Shown here piece by piece: positions 52,876 to 64,000 of a DNA stretch of 64,000 bases. Each line of letters begins with the position of its first letter. The first letter of the stretch is position 1. A model generated the notes under the pieces. That model saw only the letters and a program-made list of their open reading frames with translations. It did no database searches and had not been told where the DNA came from. The position numbers were made by a program, and so were the translations under genes. This DNA comes from Escherichia coli (GTDB lineage Bacteria; Pseudomonadota; Gammaproteobacteria; Enterobacterales; Enterobacteriaceae), in the NCBI RefSeq assembly GCF_041886205.1, contig NZ_CP169029.1; one strand, written 5' to 3'.

Positions 52876-53715
52876 TTACGCGGAGCGAGACGCTGTCGCC
52901 CCTGCGCGTGGTGGCAGAGCAAATGCCACCAGCGCCGGGATGAGATAAATAAACCAGACGGCGACTTCGCTGACGCTCGGCGCTTCCTGATAGCCAAAAA
53001 TCCCTTCCATCAGCGTGCCAAACAGCGAGTGAGTTGAGAGCACCGCACTCATATCGAAGGCGATTTCCTGAAAGTGGTTCCACAATCCGGCTTCATGAAA
53101 TGCGCGAATGGCACCAGCTGCCAGCCCTGCGGCGACGAAGAGAATAAACAGGCTGGTCCATTTAAAAAATGCACCAAGATTGAGGCGAATACCGCCCCAG
53201 TAGAGCAGGAAGCCTAGCACCACGGCAGTAGCAAGACCGAGCATTGCACCCAGCGGCGGCCAGATCCCGACATCTTGTTGAAATGCCGCCAGCAGGAAAA
53301 AGACCGACTCCAGCCCTTCCCTTGCAACGGCAAAAAAGACCATCATCACCAGCGCCCAGCCATGATGATTTCCACGCTGCAATGCGCTATCGACTGCCTG
53401 TTCCAGTTGCACTTTGACGTTGCGCGACACTTTGCGCATCCAGAAAACCATCCAGGTAAGGATCACCACGGCGATCACCGCCACGATACCTTCAAACAGT
53501 TCCTGTTCTTTTTGCGGAAATTCGCCGGTGGTTTCGTTAATGAAGATACCCAAGCCCAGGCACAACGCAGCGGCAAGCAACACGCCAATCCACATCACAC
53601 CAATCCATCGGCCTCGCTGGGTACGCTTAAGATAGCTGGCAATCAAACTGACAATCAGCGCGGCTTCAAGTCCTTCGCGCAACATAATGAGAAACGGAAC
53701 AAACATGCCACCCAC
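52876..53715 (-). CDS. efeU: Ferrous iron permease EfeU (FTR1 family), apparently intact
   Basis: 279 aa; REGLE-type motifs (REGLEAALIV and REGLESVFF). Confidence 0.85.
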   Translation of the reverse strand: MGGMFVPFLIMLREGLEAALIVSLIASYLKRTQRGRWIGVMWIGVLLAAALCLGLGIFINETTGEFPQKEQELFEGIVAVIAVVILTWMVFWMRKVSRNVKVQLEQAVDSALQRGNHHGWALVMMVFFAVAREGLESVFFLLAAFQQDVGIWPPLGAMLGLATAVVLGFLLYWGGIRLNLGAFFKWTSLFILFVAAGLAAGAIRAFHEAGLWNHFQEIAFDMSAVLSTHSLFGTLMEGIFGYQEAPSVSEVAVWFIYLIPALVAFALPPRAGATASRSA

Positions 53716-53763
53716 CCTTAAACGTTTTTCTGAGTCAATCTATGCAAAGAAAAGTAAATCGCA

Positions 53764-53783
53764 GTGATAGCGATTATCATTAC
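53764..53783 (-). promoter_or_regulatory. Putative Fur box upstream of efeU
   Basis: GTGATAGCGATTATCATTAC resembles the GATAATGATAATCATTATC consensus. Confidence 0.4.
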
Positions 53784-53915
53784 GGCAAAGAAAAACACAA
53801 GCGGAATGTTTATAAAATGATGTTGGAATGTAAACAAAGAGAGGTAATGCCAGGGGATATAAACGATTATTCCAGGGTAGAAAGATGGGATTGTTTGCAA
53901 AGAACCATGTGTTCT

Positions 53916-53955
53916 TGCCGGATGCCGCGTAAACGCCATATCCAGCCGACAAAAC
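53916..53955. repeat. REP element between efeU and putP
   Basis: GCCGGATGCCGCGTAAACGCCATATCCAGCC. Confidence 0.6.
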
Positions 53956-54248
53956 TGTCCAGACTCAATGCATCAGAGCTTCCATGTAAAACTGATAAGC
54001 GGGTGTATCAAGCAATTTCGTCCATCCGCGATTATCAAATCTAACTTTTTGCCCGGAACATAATAACAGCTCGGGTGTTGGTGGCGTCAAAATCGCTGAA
54101 GCGTTCCCCTAAGGCCGGGACAGCAGGGGGCGGCGGCGATTGGCCGCCCCCTGCGCGCTCCCTGCACCATTCAATTTATATGGCGAGGCACATTAAGGGA
54201 GCGCAACCCGCTGCTGAAGCCAAACAAAACCGCCGCAGGCTAAGTCCC

Positions 54249-55757
<1,509 letters not shown>

Positions 55758-55945
55758 CTAAAGTCTCCAAAAAATTATTATCGGCAATGTCGAAACTTGC
55801 CGTTATATCTGCCACCGGAACGGGGTAACAGAGTTTATGTTTTACCAGGGCGACCGTATCCTGCCGGAAGCGCTGGTTATTCACAATCGATTTAACACAC
55901 CATTTACATTAAATTTTAGTGCTCAGCGACACTATTTTTCATCAG

Positions 55946-56153
55946 GTTGCACTCTCTCACATTTTTTGCGGTTGCACCTTTCAAAAATGTTAACTGCCGC
56001 AGAGAAAAAGTCTGAGTTATTTTTTTAATCACTGTCATATCGATTTCTTTTATTAACATTTCATTCATTTTTAAGCTTGCTACGCAAGTCACATTTAACA
56101 TGGTTGCACAAAGTTGCAACATCATGGATATTTCACGATAACGTTAAGTTGCA
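55946..56153. promoter_or_regulatory. put control region with five GTTGCA PutA operator motifs
   Basis: GTTGCA at 55946, 55971, 56103, 56113 and 56148 in the putP-putA intergenic region. Confidence 0.6.
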
Positions 56154-56179
56154 CCTTTCAGAACAACAGGAGTAATGGC

Positions 56180-59100
56180 ATGGGAACCACCACCATGGGG
56201 GTTAAGCTGGACGACGCGACGCGTGAGCGTATTAAGTCTGCCGCGACACGTATCGATCGCACGCCACACTGGTTAATTAAGCAGGCGATTTTTTCTTATC
56301 TCGAACAACTGGAAAACAGCGATACTCTGCCGGAGCTACCTGCGCTGCTTTCTGGCGCTGCCAATGAGAGCGATGAAGCACCGACTCCGGCAGAGGAACC
56401 ACACCAGCCATTCCTCGACTTTGCCGAGCAAATTTTGCCCCAGTCGGTTTCCCGCGCCGCGATCACCGCAGCCTATCGCCGCCCGGAAACCGAAGCGGTT
56501 TCTATGCTGCTGGAACAAGCCCGCCTGCCGCAGCCAGTTGCTGAACAGGCACACAAACTGGCGTATCAACTGGCCGATAAACTGCGTAATCAAAAAAATG
56601 CCAGTGGCCGCGCAGGTATGGTCCAGGGGTTATTGCAGGAGTTTTCGCTGTCATCGCAGGAAGGCGTGGCGCTGATGTGTCTGGCGGAAGCGTTGTTGCG
56701 TATTCCCGACAAAGCCACCCGTGATGCGTTAATTCGCGACAAAATCAGCAACGGTAACTGGCAGTCACACATTGGTCGTAGCCCGTCACTGTTTGTTAAT
56801 GCCGCTACCTGGGGGCTGTTGTTTACTGGCAAACTGGTTTCCACCCATAACGAAGCCAGCCTCTCCCGCTCGCTGAACCGCATTATCGGTAAGAGCGGTG
56901 AACCGCTGATCCGCAAAGGTGTGGATATGGCGATGCGCCTGATGGGCGAGCAGTTCGTCACTGGCGAAACCATTGCGGAAGCGTTAGCCAATGCCCGCAA
57001 GCTGGAAGAGAAAGGTTTCCGTTACTCTTACGATATGCTGGGCGAAGCCGCGCTGACCGCCGCAGATGCACAGGCGTATATGGTTTCCTATCAGCAGGCG
57101 ATTCACGCCATTGGTAAAGCGTCCAATGGTCGTGGCATCTATGAAGGTCCGGGCATTTCAATCAAGCTGTCGGCGCTGCATCCGCGTTACAGCCGCGCCC
57201 AGTATGACCGGGTAATGGAAGAGCTTTACCCACGTCTGAAATCACTCACCCTGCTGGCGCGTCAGTACGATATTGGTATCAACATTGACGCCGAAGAGGC
57301 CGATCGTCTGGAGATCTCCCTCGATCTGCTGGAAAAACTCTGTTTCGAGCCTGAGCTGGCAGGCTGGAACGGTATCGGTTTTGTTATTCAGGCTTATCAA
57401 AAACGCTGCCCACTGGTGATTGATTACCTGATTGATCTCGCCACCCGCAGCCGTCGCCGTCTGATGATTCGCCTGGTGAAAGGCGCGTACTGGGATAGTG
57501 AAATCAAGCGTGCGCAGATGGACGGCCTTGAAGGCTATCCGGTTTATACCCGCAAGGTGTATACCGACGTTTCATATCTCGCCTGTGCGAAAAAGCTGCT
57601 GGCGGTGCCGAATCTAATCTACCCGCAGTTCGCGACGCACAACGCCCATACGCTGGCAGCGATTTATCAACTGGCAGGTCAAAACTACTATCCGGGTCAG
57701 TACGAGTTCCAGTGCCTGCATGGTATGGGCGAGCCACTGTATGAGCAGGTCACCGGGAAAGTTGCCGACGGCAAACTTAACCGTCCGTGTCGTATTTATG
57801 CTCCGGTTGGCACACATGAAACGCTGCTGGCGTATCTGGTGCGTCGCCTGCTGGAAAACGGTGCTAACACCTCGTTTGTTAACCGTATTGCCGACACCTC
57901 TTTGCCACTGGATGAACTGGTCGCCGATCCGGTCACTGCTGTAGAAAAACTGGCGCAACAGGAAGGGCAAACTGGATTACCGCATCCGAAAATTCCCCTG
58001 CCGCGCGATCTTTACGGTCACGGGCGCGACAACTCGGCAGGGCTGGATCTCGCTAACGAACACCGGCTGGCCTCGCTCTCTTCTGCCCTGCTCAATAGTG
58101 CACTGCAAAAATGGCAGGCCTTGCCAATGCTGGAACAACCGGTAGCGGCAGGTGAGATGTCGCCCGTTATTAACCCTGCGGAACCGAAAGATATTGTGGG
58201 CTTTGTGCGTGAAGCCACGCCGCGTGAAGTAGAACAGGCGCTGGAAAGTGCGGTTAATAACGCGCCAATCTGGTTTGCCACTCCTCCGGCTGAACGCGCG
58301 GCAATTTTGCATCGCGCTGCCGTGCTGATGGAAAGCCAGATGCAGCAACTGATTGGTATTCTGGTGCGTGAAGCCGGAAAAACCTTCAGTAACGCCATTG
58401 CCGAAGTGCGCGAAGCGGTCGATTTTCTCCACTACTACGCCGGACAGGTGCGGGATGATTTCGCTAACGAAACCCATCGTCCATTAGGGCCTGTGGTATG
58501 TATCAGCCCGTGGAACTTCCCGCTGGCGATTTTCACCGGGCAGATCGCTGCCGCACTGGCGGCAGGTAACAGCGTACTGGCAAAACCGGCAGAACAAACG
58601 CCGCTGATTGCCGCGCAAGGGATCGCCATTTTGCTGGAAGCGGGTGTACCGCCAGGCGTGGTGCAATTGCTGCCAGGTCGGGGTGAAACCGTGGGCGCGC
58701 AACTGACGGGTGATGATCGCGTGCGCGGGGTGATGTTTACCGGTTCAACCGAAGTCGCTACGTTACTGCAGCGCAATATCGCCAGCCGCCTGGACGCTCA
58801 GGGTCGCCCTATTCCGCTCATCGCTGAAACCGGCGGCATGAACGCGATGATTGTCGATTCTTCAGCACTGACCGAACAAGTAGTAATAGATGTGCTGGCC
58901 TCGGCGTTCGACAGTGCGGGTCAGCGTTGTTCGGCACTGCGCGTGCTGTGCCTGCAAGATGAGATTGCCGACCACACGTTGAAAATGTTGCGCGGCGCAA
59001 TGGCCGAATGTCGGATGGGTAATCCGGGTCGCCTGACCACTGATATCGGTCCGGTGATTGATAGCGAAGCGAAAGCCAATATCGAGCGTCATATTCAGAC

Positions 59101-60142
59101 CATGCGTAGCAAAGGCCGTCCGGTGTTCCAGGCGGTGCGGGAAAACAGTGAAGATGCCCGTGAATGGCAAAGCGGAACCTTTGTCGCCCCGACGCTGATC
59201 GAACTGGATGACTTTGCCGAATTGCACAAAGAGGTCTTTGGTCCGGTGCTGCATGTGGTGCGTTACAACCGTAACCAGCTGCCAGAGCTGATCGAGCAGA
59301 TTAACGCTTCCGGTTATGGTCTGACGCTTGGCGTTCATACGCGTATTGATGAAACCATCGCCCAGGTCACTGGCTCAGCCCATGTTGGTAACCTGTATGT
59401 TAACCGTAATATGGTGGGCGCAGTGGTTGGGGTGCAGCCATTCGGCGGCGAAGGGTTGTCCGGTACCGGGCCGAAAGCAGGCGGTCCGCTCTATCTCTAC
59501 CGTCTGCTGGCGAATCGCCCGGAAAGTGCGCTGGCAGTAACGCTCGCGCGTCAGGATGCAGAGTATCCGGTCGATGCGCAGTTGAAAGCCGCATTGACTC
59601 AGCCGCTAAATGCACTGCGGGAATGGGCAGCAAATCGTCCAGAATTGCAGGCGTTATGTACGCAATATGGCGAGCTGGCGCAGGCAGGAACACAACGATT
59701 GCTGCCGGGGCCGACGGGTGAACGCAACACCTGGACGCTGCTGCCGCGTGAGCGCGTATTGTGTATCGCGGATGATGAACAGGATGCGCTGACTCAGCTC
59801 GCCGCCGTGCTGGCGGTGGGCAGCCAGGTACTGTGGCCGGATGACGCGCTGCATCGTCAGTTAGTGAAGGTATTGCCATCGGCAGTCAGCGAACGTATTC
59901 AACTGGCGAAAGTGGAAAATATAACCGCTCAACCCTTTGATGCGGTGATCTTCCACGGTGATTCGGATCAGCTTCGCGCATTGTGTGAAGCCGTTGCCGC
60001 GCGGGATGGCGCAATTGTTTCGGTGCAGGGTTTTGCCCGTGGCGAAAGCAATATCCTGCTGGAACGGCTGTATATCGAACGTTCGCTGAGTGTGAATACC
60101 GCTGCCGCTGGCGGTAACGCCAGTTTAATGACGATCGGTTAA
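56180..60142 (+). CDS. putA: Bifunctional proline dehydrogenase / P5C dehydrogenase and repressor PutA
   Basis: 1320 aa from MGTTTMGVKLDDATRERIK (ribbon-helix-helix N-terminus); the longer upstream ORF start is rejected. Confidence 0.9.
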   Translation: MGTTTMGVKLDDATRERIKSAATRIDRTPHWLIKQAIFSYLEQLENSDTLPELPALLSGAANESDEAPTPAEEPHQPFLDFAEQILPQSVSRAAITAAYRRPETEAVSMLLEQARLPQPVAEQAHKLAYQLADKLRNQKNASGRAGMVQGLLQEFSLSSQEGVALMCLAEALLRIPDKATRDALIRDKISNGNWQSHIGRSPSLFVNAATWGLLFTGKLVSTHNEASLSRSLNRIIGKSGEPLIRKGVDMAMRLMGEQFVTGETIAEALANARKLEEKGFRYSYDMLGEAALTAADAQAYMVSYQQAIHAIGKASNGRGIYEGPGISIKLSALHPRYSRAQYDRVMEELYPRLKSLTLLARQYDIGINIDAEEADRLEISLDLLEKLCFEPELAGWNGIGFVIQAYQKRCPLVIDYLIDLATRSRRRLMIRLVKGAYWDSEIKRAQMDGLEGYPVYTRKVYTDVSYLACAKKLLAVPNLIYPQFATHNAHTLAAIYQLAGQNYYPGQYEFQCLHGMGEPLYEQVTGKVADGKLNRPCRIYAPVGTHETLLAYLVRRLLENGANTSFVNRIADTSLPLDELVADPVTAVEKLAQQEGQTGLPHPKIPLPRDLYGHGRDNSAGLDLANEHRLASLSSALLNSALQKWQALPMLEQPVAAGEMSPVINPAEPKDIVGFVREATPREVEQALESAVNNAPIWFATPPAERAAILHRAAVLMESQMQQLIGILVREAGKTFSNAIAEVREAVDFLHYYAGQVRDDFANETHRPLGPVVCISPWNFPLAIFTGQIAAALAAGNSVLAKPAEQTPLIAAQGIAILLEAGVPPGVVQLLPGRGETVGAQLTGDDRVRGVMFTGSTEVATLLQRNIASRLDAQGRPIPLIAETGGMNAMIVDSSALTEQVVIDVLASAFDSAGQRCSALRVLCLQDEIADHTLKMLRGAMAECRMGNPGRLTTDIGPVIDSEAKANIERHIQTMRSKGRPVFQAVRENSEDAREWQSGTFVAPTLIELDDFAELHKEVFGPVLHVVRYNRNQLPELIEQINASGYGLTLGVHTRIDETIAQVTGSAHVGNLYVNRNMVGAVVGVQPFGGEGLSGTGPKAGGPLYLYRLLANRPESALAVTLARQDAEYPVDAQLKAALTQPLNALREWAANRPELQALCTQYGELAQAGTQRLLPGPTGERNTWTLLPRERVLCIADDEQDALTQLAAVLAVGSQVLWPDDALHRQLVKVLPSAVSERIQLAKVENITAQPFDAVIFHGDSDQLRALCEAVAARDGAIVSVQGFARGESNILLERLYIERSLSVNTAAAGGNASLMTIG

Positions 60143-60181
60143 ACAGGTAGCCGGAGGATGTTACAACCTCCTCCGGCATCT

Positions 60182-60820
60182 TTAACGTGGTCGAATCCCC
60201 TCAATAATAATCCGCTGCACGTTTTCAACCGTTTGATTGAAAAATATCTCATCGCGCAACGTCGCGCCTGTCACCGCCTCCACCTGAGGGGCGAAATCGG
60301 CGTAATGTTGAGTGGAAGCCCAAATCATAAAAATCAAATGCTGCGGATCAATCGGCGCGAGTTTGCCGCTTTTGACCCAACCGGCAATCAGCGCCGATTT
60401 CTCATCAATTAATGCCTTCAAATCACCCGTCAGTTCATCCATTAACAACGGCGCGCCTGCCAGCATCTCCATACAAAACAGACGTGAAGCCTGCGGATAA
60501 TCGCGTGAGACTTCCAGCTTAAGACGGATGTACTCTTTGATCGCCGCCAGCGGGGCGAAATCTTCACGAAACGCTTTTAACGGTGCCAGCCAGATATCGA
60601 GAATCTGCCGCAGCACGGCAATATACAGCGCCTCTTTTGACGGAAAGTAATACAGCAGATTGGTTTTTGAAACACCCGCCAACTCTGCGATCTGCTCCAG
60701 CCTTGTGCCGTGAAAACCGAATTGTGAAAAAGTGTCCAGTGCTGCGCTAAGAATCGCTTTTTTCTTCGCGCTTACTGCGCGCGAACGTTTACCCGTTGTT
60801 TTCACTGCGCCTTGCGTCAT
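60182..60820 (-). CDS. rutR: TetR-family regulator RutR
   Basis: Start MTQGAVKTTGKRSRAV; TetR HTH; divergent from rutA. Confidence 0.85.
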   Translation of the reverse strand: MTQGAVKTTGKRSRAVSAKKKAILSAALDTFSQFGFHGTRLEQIAELAGVSKTNLLYYFPSKEALYIAVLRQILDIWLAPLKAFREDFAPLAAIKEYIRLKLEVSRDYPQASRLFCMEMLAGAPLLMDELTGDLKALIDEKSALIAGWVKSGKLAPIDPQHLIFMIWASTQHYADFAPQVEAVTGATLRDEIFFNQTVENVQRIIIEGIRPR

Positions 60821-60926
60821 GCGCTCTCCCCTCTTGTAGATTGGCAACAGGATAGCAAAACCCCCGCCCGGCCTCGACCTTCTGCACTCTCATCGCGCAC
60901 GGATGCATGTTTTATGTGCAACTGTT

Positions 60927-60943
60927 TTGACCGTTTAGTCCAC
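60927..60943. promoter_or_regulatory. Putative RutR operator
   Basis: TTGACCGTTTAGTCCAC resembles the TTGACCAnnTGGTCAA consensus. Confidence 0.3.
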
Positions 60944-61006
60944 TTTTTACCAGATATTTTAGATAACGCAATGTTAACACATTAATAACATTCACTTTTT
61001 AAAAAC

Positions 61007-61022
61007 TGGCATCCGCTTTGCA
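61007..61022 (+). promoter_or_regulatory. Sigma-54 promoter of the rut operon
   Basis: TGGCAT-N5-TTGCA with correct -24/-12 spacing about 30 bp upstream of rutA. Confidence 0.5.
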
Positions 61023-61050
61023 AACAATCCATTACGCGGCTGAAAAGGAT

Positions 61051-62891
<1,841 letters not shown>

Positions 62892-62902
62892 GGAGTTTAA
62901 CG

Positions 62903-63289
62903 ATGCCAAAATCCGTAATTATTCCCGCTGGCAGCAGCGCACCGCTGGCCCCCTTCGTTCCCGGCACGCTGGCTGATAGCGTGGTGTATGTCTCCGGTAC
63001 GCTGGCTTTTGATCAACATAATAACGTGCTGTTTGCCGATGACCCAAAGGCGCAAACCCGCCACGTTCTGGAAACTATCCGCAAGGTGATCGAGACGGCG
63101 GGTGGCACGATGGCGGATGTGACCTTCAACAGCATCTTTATTACCGACTGGAAAAATTACGCCGCGATTAACGAAATCTACGCCGAGTTTTTTCCGGGTG
63201 ATAAACCGGCGCGATTCTGCATTCAGTGCGGACTGGTAAAACCTGACGCGCTGGTGGAAATCGCCACAATTGCGCATATCGCCAAGTGA
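62903..63289 (+). CDS. rutC: Aminoacrylate peracid reductase RutC (RidA/YjgF family)
   Basis: 128 aa. Confidence 0.85.
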   Translation: MPKSVIIPAGSSAPLAPFVPGTLADSVVYVSGTLAFDQHNNVLFADDPKAQTRHVLETIRKVIETAGGTMADVTFNSIFITDWKNYAAINEIYAEFFPGDKPARFCIQCGLVKPDALVEIATIAHIAK

Positions 63290-63295
63290 GGCCGC

Positions 63296-64000
63296 GATGA
63301 AACTTTCACTCTCACCTCCCCCTTATGCTGATGCGCCCGTAGTGGTGTTGATTTCGGGTCTTGGCGGTAGCGGCAGTTACTGGTTACCGCAACTGGCGGT
63401 GCTGGAGCAGGAGTATCAGGTAGTCTGTTACGACCAGCGCGGCACCGGCAATAATCCCGACACGCTGGCAGAAGATTACAGTATCACCCAGATGGCAGCG
63501 GAACTGCATCAGGCGCTGATAGCCGCAGGGATTGAGCATTACGCAGTGGTCGGCCATGCGCTCGGTGCGCTGGTGGGAATGCAGCTGGCGCTGGATTATC
63601 CCGCGTCGGTAACTGTGCTGGTCAGCGTTAACGGCTGGCTACGAATAAACGCCCATACGCGCCGCTGTTTTCAGGTTCGCGAACGATTACTGTATAGCGG
63701 CGGCGCGCAGGCATGGGTGGAAGCGCAGCCGTTGTTCCTCTATCCCGCCGACTGGATGGCGGCCCGTGCACCTCGCCTTGAGGCAGAAGACGCGCTGGCA
63801 CTGGCGCATTTTCAGGGCAAAAATAATTTACTGCGTCGACTTAACGCCCTCAAACGCGCTGACTTTAGTCACCATGCGGATCGCATCCGCTGCCCGGTGC
63901 AAATCATCTGCGCCAGTGATGATCTGCTGGTGCCATCAGCATGTTCCAGTGAACTTCATGCCGCCCTGCCCGATAGCCAGAAAATGGTGATGCGCTATGG
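63296..64000 (+). CDS. rutD: Aminoacrylate hydrolase RutD (alpha/beta hydrolase), 3'-partial
   Basis: [29 protein letters not shown]...; nucleophile motif GHALGA; runs off the window end. Confidence 0.8.

Noticed and set aside
56114-56179. Extended putA start (MQHHGYFTITLS...)
   Set aside because: The extension lies over the GTTGCA operator region; starting at 56180 gives the 1320-aa PutA I recall

Overview
The window reads as Escherichia coli chromosome: a >47 kb accessory segment (1 to ~48.7 kb) joined to conserved core genes (phoH, efeBOU, putP, putA, rutR, rutABCD) at the right end. All calls come from reading the sequence and ORF translations by eye; no database search was run. The accessory part contains, left to right: (1) a defence-island fragment with a DarT/DarG-like toxin-antitoxin pair directly upstream of a type I restriction R subunit and a DUF45-type HExxH metallopeptidase; (2) an AT-rich minus-strand array of small ORFs with stop/start overlap that looks like orphan toxin/immunity modules; (3) a nested IS graveyard: an IS66-family element with 8-bp target duplication inserted into an IS110-family transposase gene, a second truncated IS66-family copy, IS3, and a third IS66-family copy with a decayed transposase; (4) an AT-rich sugar-phosphate-type MFS transporter stranded between the IS elements; (5) a MarR-type (PapX/SfaX-like) regulator carrying an in-frame stop, plus orphan small ORFs; (6) a complete GC-rich myo-inositol catabolism island (iolR, iolA, iolD, iolG, ABC importer, second dehydrogenase, iolC-fusion, iolE, iolB); (7) a CP4-57/P4-like integrative-element backbone (YfjJ-like, DUF3987 gene split by IS186, AlpA, IS1-like element, P4-type integrase) carrying a 605-aa AT-rich orphan gene between int and alpA; (8) 2.6 tandem ~180-bp repeats next to the integrase, each beginning with a copy of what I recall as the 3' end of tRNA-Ser(GGA), i.e. 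an attachment-site array with no complete tRNA in the window. The most promising candidates for an undescribed system are the 605-aa orphan protein in the int-alpA slot and the small-ORF array downstream of the RM/DarTG module.
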